Assembly (NCBI GenBank): GCA_963704905.1 | Contig: CAVPHZ010000001.1 | Span: 195,438 to 259,437, forward strand | Origin: Candidatus Chisholmbacteria bacterium | Lineage (GTDB): Bacteria; Patescibacteriota; Microgenomatia; UBA1400; Chisholmbacteraceae | Length of the DNA stretch: 64,000 nt | Direction: 5' to 3' | Shown here: piece after piece, positions 40,439-50,182 of the stretch | Layout of the letters: each line of letters begins with the position of its first letter | Numbering within the stretch: the first letter of the stretch is position 1 | The notes under the pieces: generated by a model | Told to the model about the DNA's origin: nothing | Databases searched by the model: none | The model's input: the letters and a program-made list of their open reading frames with translations, nothing else | Position numbers and translations under genes: made by a program

Positions 40439-42288
40439 TTATTTAAGTTCCGCGTAGATGCGTCGAATTCCAGCACCTATAGACTGTTCTTTGGTAATTT
40501 TTATCCCGCCAATCTCACCAGTTGATTTGACATGTGGTCCTCCGCATAACTCTTTGCTGTACCAGTTCTTTTTTGGATCTTTACCAATTGTATATACTGT
40601 AACTTTATCTGGATAGGTTTCTTTAAAAAAGGCCAGTGCTCCTGAATTGATGGCGCTGTCTCTATCTTCTATGGTTTTTTGAACAGAAAGGTTGGCTTTA
40701 ATGGTTTTATTAATGAGAGTTTCTATTTTTCTTAAGTCTATAGTGGAAATTGACTGATTGTGGCTAAAATCGAATCGGAGTCGCTGTGCAGTGATATGAC
40801 TACCTTCCTGCTTGACTTGATCACCAAGGATTTCACGTAAGGCTTTGTGTAGAAGATGAGTTGCTGTGTGAAGTTTTACTGTCTCAACAGATTTATCTGC
40901 AAGCCCGCCTTTAAACATTCCGGCTGAGCCTGTGCGAGATTTATGCTTGGTGAAGATTAAATTCTTTTTCAAATTGTTTGTTATTTATCTTTATTCCCTT
41001 TTCGGTTAAGAGTTCTTGAGTTAATTCAAGTGGAAAGCCATGCGTTTGATATAGATTAAATGCAAATTTGGCATCGATCTCACTTGGTTTTTGTTTTCCA
41101 ATTTCATTCAAACCCTTATTCATGGATTTTGAAAACTTTTCTAATTTCATTACTTATGCTGTTTCAGTACGTCCTTTTTCACTATCGCTTTTTTAAGATA
41201 TACATCATCAAACATATCCATCACTGCTTCAGCGCTCTTCAGGATAACTTCTGAGTGAATTTTGTACTTCGAGCGTGCGCATTTTGATGACAGCTCTCCG
41301 TAGCAACCGTCTTACAAAATATCCTTGCATCTTATTTGAAGGTGTGTTCCCTGTGAAAGGATAACAGTTGCTCCTCGAATGTGATCGGCGATTACTCGCA
41401 TTGGCTGTTTGTATGTTCCTTCATACTGTTTATTGGTGGCTTTTTCTATTTTCTCAATAATTGGTTGGAAAAGATCTGTTTGAAAAACATCTAACGTATG
41501 TTGCGAGGCTGCTGCAATACGCTCAAGCCCGCCACCGAAATCGACGTTTTGTGCTGGTAGAGGTTTAAATTTACCGTTTTCAAGTTTTACATATTCCATA
41601 AAAACTGAATTACCGATTTCTAGAAATCGTCCGCAGTCACAATTGACATGACAGACAGGGCTGAAAGGTGTATTATGTAGTTAGTTTGGCCCAAAATCGT
41701 AAAATACTTCAGAAGTCTGGACCACCAATCTCCCCAGGTGGCATGTTTCCAGGTTCACCTACACGAGACCACCAGTTTTTGGTTGCGTCGTATGTATAGA
41801 TTTTGACTTCTTGATCGAATCCCTTGTTTCCACGTTGGCTGGATTTTTCGTCTTGAAACAAATGCTGCCAGATTTGTATTGAATCCTCATCTGCTGGAAC
41901 ATCTTTTGTGCCTTTAAAAACCGTGACGTAGAGTTTGTCGTTTGGTAAGACCGATTACTTCTGTTAAAAATTCAAAAAACCAGCTAAGTTGTTGTTTTTT
42001 AAAATAGTCACCGAGACTCCAATTGCCCAACATTTCAAAGAATGTGGTATGGCGGTTATCACCTACTTCATCGATGTCTTCGGCACGAAAACATGGTTGA
42101 GCATCGACAAGCCGTGTTCCCATTGGGTGCTTTTCACCTTTGAGATATGGAACAAGTTGCTGCATGCCAGAACTGGTAAATAAGGTGGTAGGATCGTCGG
42201 TGGGAATGATTGGAGCAGGAGGAATTTCTTTGTGACCTTTGTTTGCAAAGAAATCTATGTACTTTTGTCTTATTTGTTTGGCTGTCAA
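40439..42288 (-). CDS. alaS: Alanine--tRNA ligase (short form lacking C-Ala), broken by several indels and an in-frame stop
   Basis: DPTTLFTSSGMQ, HTTFFEMLGNWS, VDFGGGLER, ADHIR, LYQTHGFP, HTATHLLH, ELCGGPH, GIRRIYA spread across several frames. Confidence 0.9.
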
Positions 42289-42300
42289 TATTCTTTTGAA

Positions 42301-42867
42301 CTATTGTGCAATTTTATCAGATGTGATGTTTTGACGCGTTATACAGAGAGTCCGTTTCTTGAACGGAATAAGTGCACAAATTACTGCTGGTATGTAGAGG
42401 TCTGTTCTGTCGATAATCCCTTCAGTGAGTAGGCCTATCGCTCCGAGGCTTTGTTTGATGTTTTTCTTGTTATACATTCTATCCATTACTTTCCCAAGTT
42501 CTTCACCTCGTTCAATATGTTCTGTGGCTTTTTTCGGCAAAAAAAATGTTGCTGTTCTTCCTCTCCCCAACTTTGATCCAGACTTCACTACAACCCATGC
42601 AAATGTTGTTAGATTTTGATCCAATTTCTCAACACCTCCTTCAATACCAATATAGTAGTCGTATCCAGGCTTTTGTTTGCTTGCGTTTTTGCAGCGGTTT
42701 TCTGCACCTTTTAAGGTTTCCTTATCTGACAATGGTTGAGCATTTACACCTGAGTTTGTTTCAATACCTTTTATTAACTTCTTTTTTCCTGGAAACATTG
42801 CTTCAAATCCTTTTCTGGTTGCGTTTAGTTTCACAGGATTCAAGGATGCCACAAGGATTTTTATCAT
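42301..42867 (-). CDS. yjjX: Inosine/xanthosine triphosphatase
   Basis: ASLNPVK, SGVNAQP, GAENR, IGIEGG, GAIGLLT. Confidence 0.92.
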   Translation of the reverse strand: MIKILVASLNPVKLNATRKGFEAMFPGKKKLIKGIETNSGVNAQPLSDKETLKGAENRCKNASKQKPGYDYYIGIEGGVEKLDQNLTTFAWVVVKSGSKLGRGRTATFFLPKKATEHIERGEELGKVMDRMYNKKNIKQSLGAIGLLTEGIIDRTDLYIPAVICALIPFKKRTLCITRQNITSDKIAQ

Positions 42868-42912
42868 GCGTCTATTATTTCATTTGAAAGATCCTTGCGC
42901 TACAGGAAAGAG

Positions 42913-43341
42913 TTATCGTAAGGTTTTTCCACCACGGGTGAAGAATTTGGTTGCGACGTTTCTTCCGCGTTCTTGAAGTTTGGATATATGACTAACATCT
43001 GATGATTGAGGCTTCGATGTCAGTTGAGGTTCTTTCTTTTCAGATCGCATTTTGTCTTGTTTTTTGGTTGTTTTTTTAGGTTTTATCTTAGGGCCTTCGA
43101 GCTTTCTTATACCTACATCACCTTTTTGAACCCTCTCATAAAACTCTTCGAATTCTTCAAAAACCTTTTCTCCGTGCTCAGATAGATATTTTTTAAGCTT
43201 ATTTCCTTTTTTTGTGCCGAATAAAAACACACCAATTGCACCGAATACTATTCCCCAGAAAAAACCGGTCGTAAAATGTGATTCTTTTCTTGGTGATTCG
43301 TGGTGGCGGATCTTTGACATATGAGGGTTAATCAGGCTCAT
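42913..43341 (-). CDS. YtxH-like membrane-anchored protein
   Basis: FTTGFFWGIVFGAIGVFLFGTKKG pattern then charged helix. Confidence 0.6.
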   Translation of the reverse strand: MSLINPHMSKIRHHESPRKESHFTTGFFWGIVFGAIGVFLFGTKKGNKLKKYLSEHGEKVFEEFEEFYERVQKGDVGIRKLEGPKIKPKKTTKKQDKMRSEKKEPQLTSKPQSSDVSHISKLQERGRNVATKFFTRGGKTLR

Positions 43342-43355
43342 TCAAACCGTGAAAG

Positions 43356-43655
43356 TTACTCGGATTCTGTTGTCTCTGATGCCTGATTGTTTTTCTTCTT
43401 TCTTGATAGGAAGTTTCCAAACGTTTCAATTGCCTTGGCACCAGATTTTAACCCATCGAGCATCCCTCCAATTCCAGCTATAGGATGGGCGATCGACTCG
43501 GTAATCATGCCAGCATCGTCGAGCATCTTGTTGACTTTTTCAAGGCTTCTTCGCACTTCTCTCAGGATGAACACAACCTGAATACCGATGAAGCTCAGAA
43601 GAATTGTAAGTGTGGTAATGACGACAACTAGTAGTACTTGCGTGAGATCAATCAT
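43356..43655 (-). CDS. DUF948/YoxC-like small membrane protein
   Basis: N-term TM followed by coiled-coil LREVRRSLEKVNKMLDD; paired with YtxH-like gene. Confidence 0.55.
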   Translation of the reverse strand: MIDLTQVLLVVVITTLTILLSFIGIQVVFILREVRRSLEKVNKMLDDAGMITESIAHPIAGIGGMLDGLKSGAKAIETFGNFLSRKKKNNQASETTESE

Positions 43656-43766
43656 TGGCAGGTTTAATACGTTCAAGTATCAATTATCAAACTCAATTGG
43701 TCAATTGTCATTCTCTGTTGAGTACAACGTCAAACTGTCACTTATCGTATAGTGTCGGTGTTATTT

Positions 43767-44399
43767 TTACTGAACATTGATCGTTCTCTGGACCGTACGA
43801 GTCTTTCCAGAACGGTTTGTTGCTTCTATAGTAATAGTCCGTAGCCCCTCTGTAAGCACGAGAGCTTGGCTAAAGCTCCCATCATCGTTGACCAAAACTC
43901 GTTGACTGTTAATAGTAACTGTTGCCTGAGGATCAGTTTCTCCACGCACAGTAAGCGTTGAGGTGACGACTTCTTGTTCAGTAGGGTTTGTAATTGCCAG
44001 TTTTGGTGCAGCAGTAAGCAGTTGGTATTGATAGATGAAGTAGACAGCAAGTGTTATTGATAGAAGGAGTATTGCGGCGATGACGGTGGTTCTTGGGTTC
44101 CAGATAATCCTTTTTTGAACTGTATTTCCTGAAATATCTCTGGGAACAACTTTACCCTGGACGTTTTGATCGTAATCTCTTCTAAATACTGCAAGTATTT
44201 GGGTTGGGCTTAAACCAACTATTTGGGCATAGTTTTTGATAAATCCTTTCACAAATGCTGCTTCTGGGAGTTTATTGAAATCGTTTTGTTCAAGTGCTTT
44301 TACATATATGAGACTAATTTTGGTTTTTTTAACGATTTCTCGACGCTTAATACCTTTTTTCAGACGAGCAGTTTTCAATATTTCTCCGACAGTTTTCAT
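43767..44399 (-). CDS. RodZ-like HTH membrane protein with C-terminal Ig-like domain
   Basis: VGEILKTAR, ALEQNDF..LP..FVKGFIKNYA; TM; beta-rich C-term; downstream of ftsK. Confidence 0.85.
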   Translation of the reverse strand: MKTVGEILKTARLKKGIKRREIVKKTKISLIYVKALEQNDFNKLPEAAFVKGFIKNYAQIVGLSPTQILAVFRRDYDQNVQGKVVPRDISGNTVQKRIIWNPRTTVIAAILLLSITLAVYFIYQYQLLTAAPKLAITNPTEQEVVTSTLTVRGETDPQATVTINSQRVLVNDDGSFSQALVLTEGLRTITIEATNRSGKTRTVQRTINVQ

Positions 44400-44441
44400 G
44401 TTTGCTCCTTGGCGTACAAGGTCATCATTACCAATTAATTA

Positions 44442-46553
44442 TTATGAAGATTGTGGTTGAGAAGCTGCTTGGCGTTGGGCGATAAAACTACTTGCATTTT
44501 GTATGAGCACTTCTCTGGGTTTTGATCCTTCTGAAGGACCAACTACCCCAGATAGTTCGAGTTGATCAAGGATTCGAGCGGCTCTCGCATAACCAACCGA
44601 TAATCTTCGCTGAAGCAGTGACGCAGAAGCTCGATCATACTCGCAAACGATTCGAACAGCTGCATCGAATAGATCGTCCACTTCTCCATCGGCTGTTCCT
44701 CCACCAAGATATCCAGGTGCTTTGGCTTTGTACTTCGTAGTGACTTCTTCCGTGTATTGCGGTTTAACACCAGATTGTTTTAGGTGGTCAATGAGGCGGC
44801 CAATTTCCGGTTCAGAGACAAACGTTCCTTGAATCCGCGTTGGTTTTGCCTGATTTGGAGGAATGTAGAGCATATCTCCTCGACCGAGTAGCTTTTCTGC
44901 TCCTGGCATGTCGAGGATTACTCGAGAGTCCACCATACTTGTCACGTTGAACGAAATTCGACATGGAACATTGGCTTTAATAAGACCGGTTAATACATCG
45001 ACAGACGGTCTCTGTGTAGCAAGTACTAGATGAATTCCGGTGGCTCGAGCCATTTGTGCCAGTCGAGTTATTGAGTCCTCAACTTCTGATGGAGCGAAAA
45101 GAATGATATCGGCTAGCTCGTCAATGACAATGACAATATACGGCAACGCATGAAACCCTGACAGTTCGTTATATCCCTCAACATTTCTCACACCTACTTC
45201 TGAAAACATTTTGTACCGTTTTTCCATTTGAGCAATCGACCATTTTAACGCTGAGACAACTTTCTCTGGTTCGACAATCACTGGGGTCAATAGGTGCGGA
45301 ATACCGTTGAAGCCTGTCAATTCGACTCTCTTGGGATCAACAAGGATGAATTTCACTTCATTGGGACTGGCGCGAAAGAGGATTGTTGCGAGGAACGCGT
45401 TTATAGCTACTGACTTTCCACTTCCTGTTGCACCAGCGATGAGAACATGTGGCATTCTTCCAATGTCGGCGACAACCGAGGTTCCAGAGACATCTAATCC
45501 CAGTCCTACGGTGAGCACAGATTTTGATTTTTTTAATTGCTCGGATTCGAGAATTTTCTTTAAGGTTACAAATTCCGGCTTCCGATTGGGAATCTCGATT
45601 CCAACCAGAGATCTACCTGGAATTGGTGCTTCAATACGAATTTGTCCTGTTGGGGCGGCGAGGGCGAGGGCCAGGTCGTTCTGAAGGGCAGTAATTTTTG
45701 ATAGTTTCGTTCCGAGTGAAATTTCTATTGCATATTGTGTTACCGCCGGACCGGTATTGACTTCGACCACCCGGGCTTGAATTCCAAATGAGTCCAAGGT
45801 TTGTTCGATTATTGCTGCGTTTCCTTTTAAATCACCTCTGTCAGCTTTTTCTCCAACCGAGTCTTCAAGCATGTCTAATGGAGGAGGTTCCCAAACTTGT
45901 TCATCGGGACCTGGTACATTGGTGACCACTTGCGTTCCGAGATCAGCTGGTTGGGGTTCTTCTTTTTGTTGTTTTTTTTCTGCAGGTTTATTGCTTTCCT
46001 TTTCCTGATCCATTCCACGGATCCGAATTTCTGTTTGAGGTATATATGATTTTTTCTTTCCTTTTCCAAACTTGGGCGTTTTGTTCATCATCTTTGATAG
46101 ATTTATGAGAATTTCATCAAACGGTGTTTCGGTAAAAATCATGAACCCTATAAACGCTGAGCCTAGCAATACTACTGCAGCACCTGGTTTTGAAATGAGT
46201 GCGGAAATATTTAGCCAGACTTCAGTTCCTACTTTACCTGAAGAAGTGAGCGCCATTGCAGAGATAAAAAAGAGTACTGAACCTAGAAAGACCGTTGGTT
46301 TTGTCACCTTCCACTTTAGTTGAGTGAGCATTAAACCAGCTGCCATAAAAATGAATGGGAGTATCAACGACGTCCATCCAAATTGAAGTGTTAAGAATCC
46401 ATTGAGCTGAGCGAGTAATGATCCTTGGCGGGTAAATGAAATGATGACGAGCACACCTATGGAAATGAGCAAGACACTTGCAATCGAGTAGATTGTGTCT
46501 TTTTTGAGCTTGAGTTTAAATGGCGCTCTTCGGCGACCTTTTTTTCTTCCCAT
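44442..46553 (-). CDS. ftsK: DNA translocase FtsK/SpoIIIE
   Basis: 4 TM N-term, MPHVLIAGATGSGKS, VIDELAD, LATQRP, gamma domain LQRRLSVGYARAAR. Confidence 0.97.
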   Translation of the reverse strand: MGRKKGRRRAPFKLKLKKDTIYSIASVLLISIGVLVIISFTRQGSLLAQLNGFLTLQFGWTSLILPFIFMAAGLMLTQLKWKVTKPTVFLGSVLFFISAMALTSSGKVGTEVWLNISALISKPGAAVVLLGSAFIGFMIFTETPFDEILINLSKMMNKTPKFGKGKKKSYIPQTEIRIRGMDQEKESNKPAEKKQQKEEPQPADLGTQVVTNVPGPDEQVWEPPPLDMLEDSVGEKADRGDLKGNAAIIEQTLDSFGIQARVVEVNTGPAVTQYAIEISLGTKLSKITALQNDLALALAAPTGQIRIEAPIPGRSLVGIEIPNRKPEFVTLKKILESEQLKKSKSVLTVGLGLDVSGTSVVADIGRMPHVLIAGATGSGKSVAINAFLATILFRASPNEVKFILVDPKRVELTGFNGIPHLLTPVIVEPEKVVSALKWSIAQMEKRYKMFSEVGVRNVEGYNELSGFHALPYIVIVIDELADIILFAPSEVEDSITRLAQMARATGIHLVLATQRPSVDVLTGLIKANVPCRISFNVTSMVDSRVILDMPGAEKLLGRGDMLYIPPNQAKPTRIQGTFVSEPEIGRLIDHLKQSGVKPQYTEEVTTKYKAKAPGYLGGGTADGEVDDLFDAAVRIVCEYDRASASLLQRRLSVGYARAARILDQLELSGVVGPSEGSKPREVLIQNASSFIAQRQAASQPQSS

Positions 46554-46682
46554 ATTCTTATTATTGCTCCACTCTTATGGGGCGGAGTTCATTATAACAG
46601 TTCCAGAGGTGTGTGTGAAAGTTTTAGATCTAAGATACTGATGTTTTAAGAATATTGCATGAACTTCTATAGCTCAATACCA

Positions 46683-48335
46683 TCATGTTCGCATGAGAAT
46701 GGGGATGATGATCGGGAATCGTTCGAGCTCCTGGCTTAACAGAGTCTCAATTCGGGTACGGATTTTTTCTTTGAGCGCACTCCAATCGGTGACTGGCGCT
46801 TTTACCTCTTTAAGAACGTTGTAAACCTCTTTTTTGGCCTTATCTAGGAGTTCTTTCGCTTCTTTTTCATACACCACTCCACGTGAGATTATTTCTATTT
46901 CTCCTGATGGTTCACCACTATGTTGATGGATGGGAACAATGACGACAATCATTCCTTCCTCTGCCATGACTTTTCGGTCGCGCAGTACAATTCTCCCTAC
47001 GTCGCCGATTCCGAGTCCATCGACCATAATATTTTTCAATTGGATAGTCTGCCCTTTTTTTACATTTTGATCGTGATCGACTTCAAGTGTCTGTCCCTCT
47101 TGTAGAAGAAACACTGCATCTGATTGATAACCCATTTCAAGTGCTAGCTTTCGGTATTGCACCATGTGTCGGTAGTTCCCACCGATTGGGACCATATATT
47201 TGGGTTTGAGAAGCTCCATGAGGAGCATGAGGTCGCCTGCTGATCCATGACCAGACACATGGAGACTATCGTTGACATCTGTGTAGATTACTTCTGCTCC
47301 TTTTTGTGCAAATGTGTCTACTGTTTCGTAAACAGATTTTTCATTTCCAGGAATTGGGTCAGCAGAAAAAATAACTGTATCACCAGGATTGATGTCGATA
47401 TTGTCATGTTCACCGTGTGCTACTCGAGCAAGAGCCGAACCGGTTTGCCCCTGACTTCCTGCGAGAATTAGACACAATTGTTCATCAGGAATGTTCTTTA
47501 TTTTTTTCCTATTTATCATCGCGTGTTGAGGAAGCGATAAGAATCCAAGCTCTTGAGCAATACGACTGTTTTGCTCAACCGACCGACCAAAAAAAGCAAT
47601 CTTTCTTCCAGCCTTGGCTGCTTCGTCTACAACCTGCTGAATGCGATGAATGTGGCTAGACATGAGCGTGACAATGACTTTCTTTTTTGCCTTTCTCATT
47701 GCCGTGCTGATTCCGTCTCTGACTGTTGATTCAGAGGTAGAAAATCCCGGTCGTTCCCCCCTAAGGCAATCAGATAAAAGGATAGTTACTCCTCGACTCC
47801 CAAAGCTTGAGATTTTTTGGAATTCTGGTCTTACTCCACCCACAGGAGTGAGATCAAATCTAAAATCTGTACCATGATAGACGGATGCAGAAGGTGTTGA
47901 AATTAGAAAATGTCTGGTGTCGGGAACAGAATGAGTGACTTTTGCAGATTCTATTGAAAACTTCCCAAGTCTCATACCGCGTTCATCATCAAAGAGAGAG
48001 ATTTTTTTCTGTATGCCAAAGTCATTTATCCGTTCAAGAGCAAATCCTGCTGTCAGTTTAGAAGCGAATATTGGAAAATCAGGCAGTTTTGGCAATATAT
48101 ACGGCAGACCCGCAATGTGATCATCGTGGCCGTGAGTAAGAATCATACCGACAATTTTTTTATTTGATTCTTCTAGATAGGTGGTGTCGGGAATGAGTAT
48201 ATCAACGCCATACATTGTTTCGTCAGGGAAACCAATACCGCAATCTACGAGCAAGATCTGATCATCAAGCTCATAGACAAACATATTTTTAGTGACTGCG
48301 GTTCCGATTTCACCGAGAGGTATAATTTTCAGCAT
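46683..48335 (-). CDS. rnj: Ribonuclease J
   Basis: THGHDDHI, THSVPD, GSQGQ, HVSGHG. Confidence 0.95.
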   Translation of the reverse strand: MLKIIPLGEIGTAVTKNMFVYELDDQILLVDCGIGFPDETMYGVDILIPDTTYLEESNKKIVGMILTHGHDDHIAGLPYILPKLPDFPIFASKLTAGFALERINDFGIQKKISLFDDERGMRLGKFSIESAKVTHSVPDTRHFLISTPSASVYHGTDFRFDLTPVGGVRPEFQKISSFGSRGVTILLSDCLRGERPGFSTSESTVRDGISTAMRKAKKKVIVTLMSSHIHRIQQVVDEAAKAGRKIAFFGRSVEQNSRIAQELGFLSLPQHAMINRKKIKNIPDEQLCLILAGSQGQTGSALARVAHGEHDNIDINPGDTVIFSADPIPGNEKSVYETVDTFAQKGAEVIYTDVNDSLHVSGHGSAGDLMLLMELLKPKYMVPIGGNYRHMVQYRKLALEMGYQSDAVFLLQEGQTLEVDHDQNVKKGQTIQLKNIMVDGLGIGDVGRIVLRDRKVMAEEGMIVVIVPIHQHSGEPSGEIEIISRGVVYEKEAKELLDKAKKEVYNVLKEVKAPVTDWSALKEKIRTRIETLLSQELERFPIIIPILMRT

Positions 48336-48343
48336 AGTTTCCT

Positions 48344-49012
48344 TTATATTAATTGTAATTGCTCATCCATAGGTTTTTTTTCATCAACCTTCTTCTCTAC
48401 TCCTTCTCTAGGTTCTTCAGGTTGTGGATTATTTAGTTTTTTTAATGTATCAACAAGTTTAGAAAAATCTTGCCTAAACATCATCATCACTTTGCCATTT
48501 CTTAGCGCTGCTGCTGGATGATACATAGGAAAAACGAGTAATCGTTTGCCTTTCCAGGTTATCCATCTTGGTTGACCATGGATTTGGCTGATAAATACGT
48601 TTTGAATGAATTTTCCCATACTGAAACGGCCTAAGGTTATTATGATTCTTGGTTCGATGATCTCAATCTCTTGATCAAGGTAGGGTTTATACGCTTCGAT
48701 TTCTTCTGGTTTTGGATCTCTATTTTCTGGCGGTCTGGCTTTGATAATATTGCTTATCCAAACATCCTCCCGCTTTAGCCCATGTTCTTCGAGCAGACGG
48801 GTCAAGAGTTTTCCGGCCACACCAACAAATGGTCTGCGTTGGACATGTTCATGATATCCAGCAGCCTCACCAATAAACATGAGTTCGGCGTTTGCATTTC
48901 CTTCTGGGGGAACAATGTCGCTTTTTTTATTTACTAACGGGAGTTTATTGAAATTATTTTCAAGTTTTGTTCTAAGTTTATTTAACTGATCATTTTTTGA
49001 TTGCGTTGACAT
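48344..49012 (-). CDS. Uracil-DNA glycosylase family 4 (start at MSTQ)
   Basis: IGEAAG, PFVGVAG, RPPENRDP, YHPAAALR; lacks Fe-S cysteines. Confidence 0.92.
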   Translation of the reverse strand: MSTQSKNDQLNKLRTKLENNFNKLPLVNKKSDIVPPEGNANAELMFIGEAAGYHEHVQRRPFVGVAGKLLTRLLEEHGLKREDVWISNIIKARPPENRDPKPEEIEAYKPYLDQEIEIIEPRIIITLGRFSMGKFIQNVFISQIHGQPRWITWKGKRLLVFPMYHPAAALRNGKVMMMFRQDFSKLVDTLKKLNNPQPEEPREGVEKKVDEKKPMDEQLQLI

Positions 49013-49031
49013 GTATTGGTATCCTTTCTGA

Positions 49032-50087
49032 TTAATCTTTGGGAACGTATTCGGCAATGTTCTCGATTGTAAGATGGATCGTTCGAATTTCTCCTTCGAC
49101 AATCTTCTTTGCAATTTTTCGTGCGATGCCTTTTATTGTCCTTTGCAACGTACGAATTCCAGCATCAAAGCCTAAAGGTCTTACTATTCTTGGCCAAATA
49201 TTGTCATCGATCTGTAGCTGTTCCGGTGAAATCCCAGCTTCTTCCATTGCCTCAGCCAGTAAATAGTCCTTCCCAATATGAATTTTTTCATCGTCGCTGT
49301 AGGCGGGCATATGAATTGGTTCGAGACGATCAAGAACTGCTGTTGCTATATTGGTTGTGTTGTTTGCTGTGGCGATAAATAACACCTCAGAAAGATCGAC
49401 TGGGGAGTCAATGTAGTGATCTATGAAAGCGTAATTTTGTTCTGGATCGAGGAGTTCAACGAGTACACCCATGATATCTGCACGGGCATCCTCAGAGACA
49501 CGATCAATTTCATCAAGTAGCATGACAGGATTCTTTACTTTGGCTCTTCGGAGTGCCTTGATAACATACCCTGGCTCAGATTCTTCATGTTGTCTGGATT
49601 GACCACGTAAATCCCGCGCGGAACCCATTCCTCCAAACGGAATTCGAGCAAACGGTCTTCCTAACGCTTCGGCGATGGAGTAGGCAAACGTCGTTTTTCC
49701 GGTTCCAACCAGCCCTACAAGACAAATAATAGGTGCGTGAACTGTTTCTCCTGAAAGTTTTTTTTGAGTATGGAGTTTTAGTACTGCTAGATATTCGAGT
49801 ATTCGCTCTTTCACATCTTTGATGCCAAAGTGATTTTTTTCAAATATTTCTTTGGCTCTTTCGAGATCAACATCCTCTGTTGCTCTCTGATTCCAAGGGA
49901 GATTGACTAACCAATCAATATAGTGCTCTGTTTTGTCAAACTCGGCAGAATACCCCTCAGTCTTTGCAATTCGCTTTAGTCTATCGAGGATTTTCTCGGT
50001 TTCATGGGCGAGCTCCTGAGGTAGCTGAGCTTGAATAATTCTATTCTTAAGATCTTCAATTTCTTGAAGTAATGGATCAATTGTCAT
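49032..50087 (-). CDS. Lon-like AAA+ ATPase lacking N-terminal and protease domains
   Basis: DWLVNLPW, HFGIKDVKERILEYLAV, GLVGTGKT, LLDEID, LLDPEQN, DLSEVLFIATAN, GIR. Confidence 0.88.
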   Translation of the reverse strand: MTIDPLLQEIEDLKNRIIQAQLPQELAHETEKILDRLKRIAKTEGYSAEFDKTEHYIDWLVNLPWNQRATEDVDLERAKEIFEKNHFGIKDVKERILEYLAVLKLHTQKKLSGETVHAPIICLVGLVGTGKTTFAYSIAEALGRPFARIPFGGMGSARDLRGQSRQHEESEPGYVIKALRRAKVKNPVMLLDEIDRVSEDARADIMGVLVELLDPEQNYAFIDHYIDSPVDLSEVLFIATANNTTNIATAVLDRLEPIHMPAYSDDEKIHIGKDYLLAEAMEEAGISPEQLQIDDNIWPRIVRPLGFDAGIRTLQRTIKGIARKIAKKIVEGEIRTIHLTIENIAEYVPKD

Positions 50088-50182
50088 TATTTTTTTATTC
50101 CTTCCATCCGTACAGACAAATGTGGCGCTCTTATTTCAGTAGGATAATTATAGGAGGATTAGTTAGGGTGGGCAATGGGGTT

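Noticed and set aside
25855-41950. A shared programmed +1 frameshift system at CTT sites in fusA and alaS
   Set aside because: alaS also needs a deletion fix and stop readthrough, and the lesions cluster locally, which fits assembly error better than recoding
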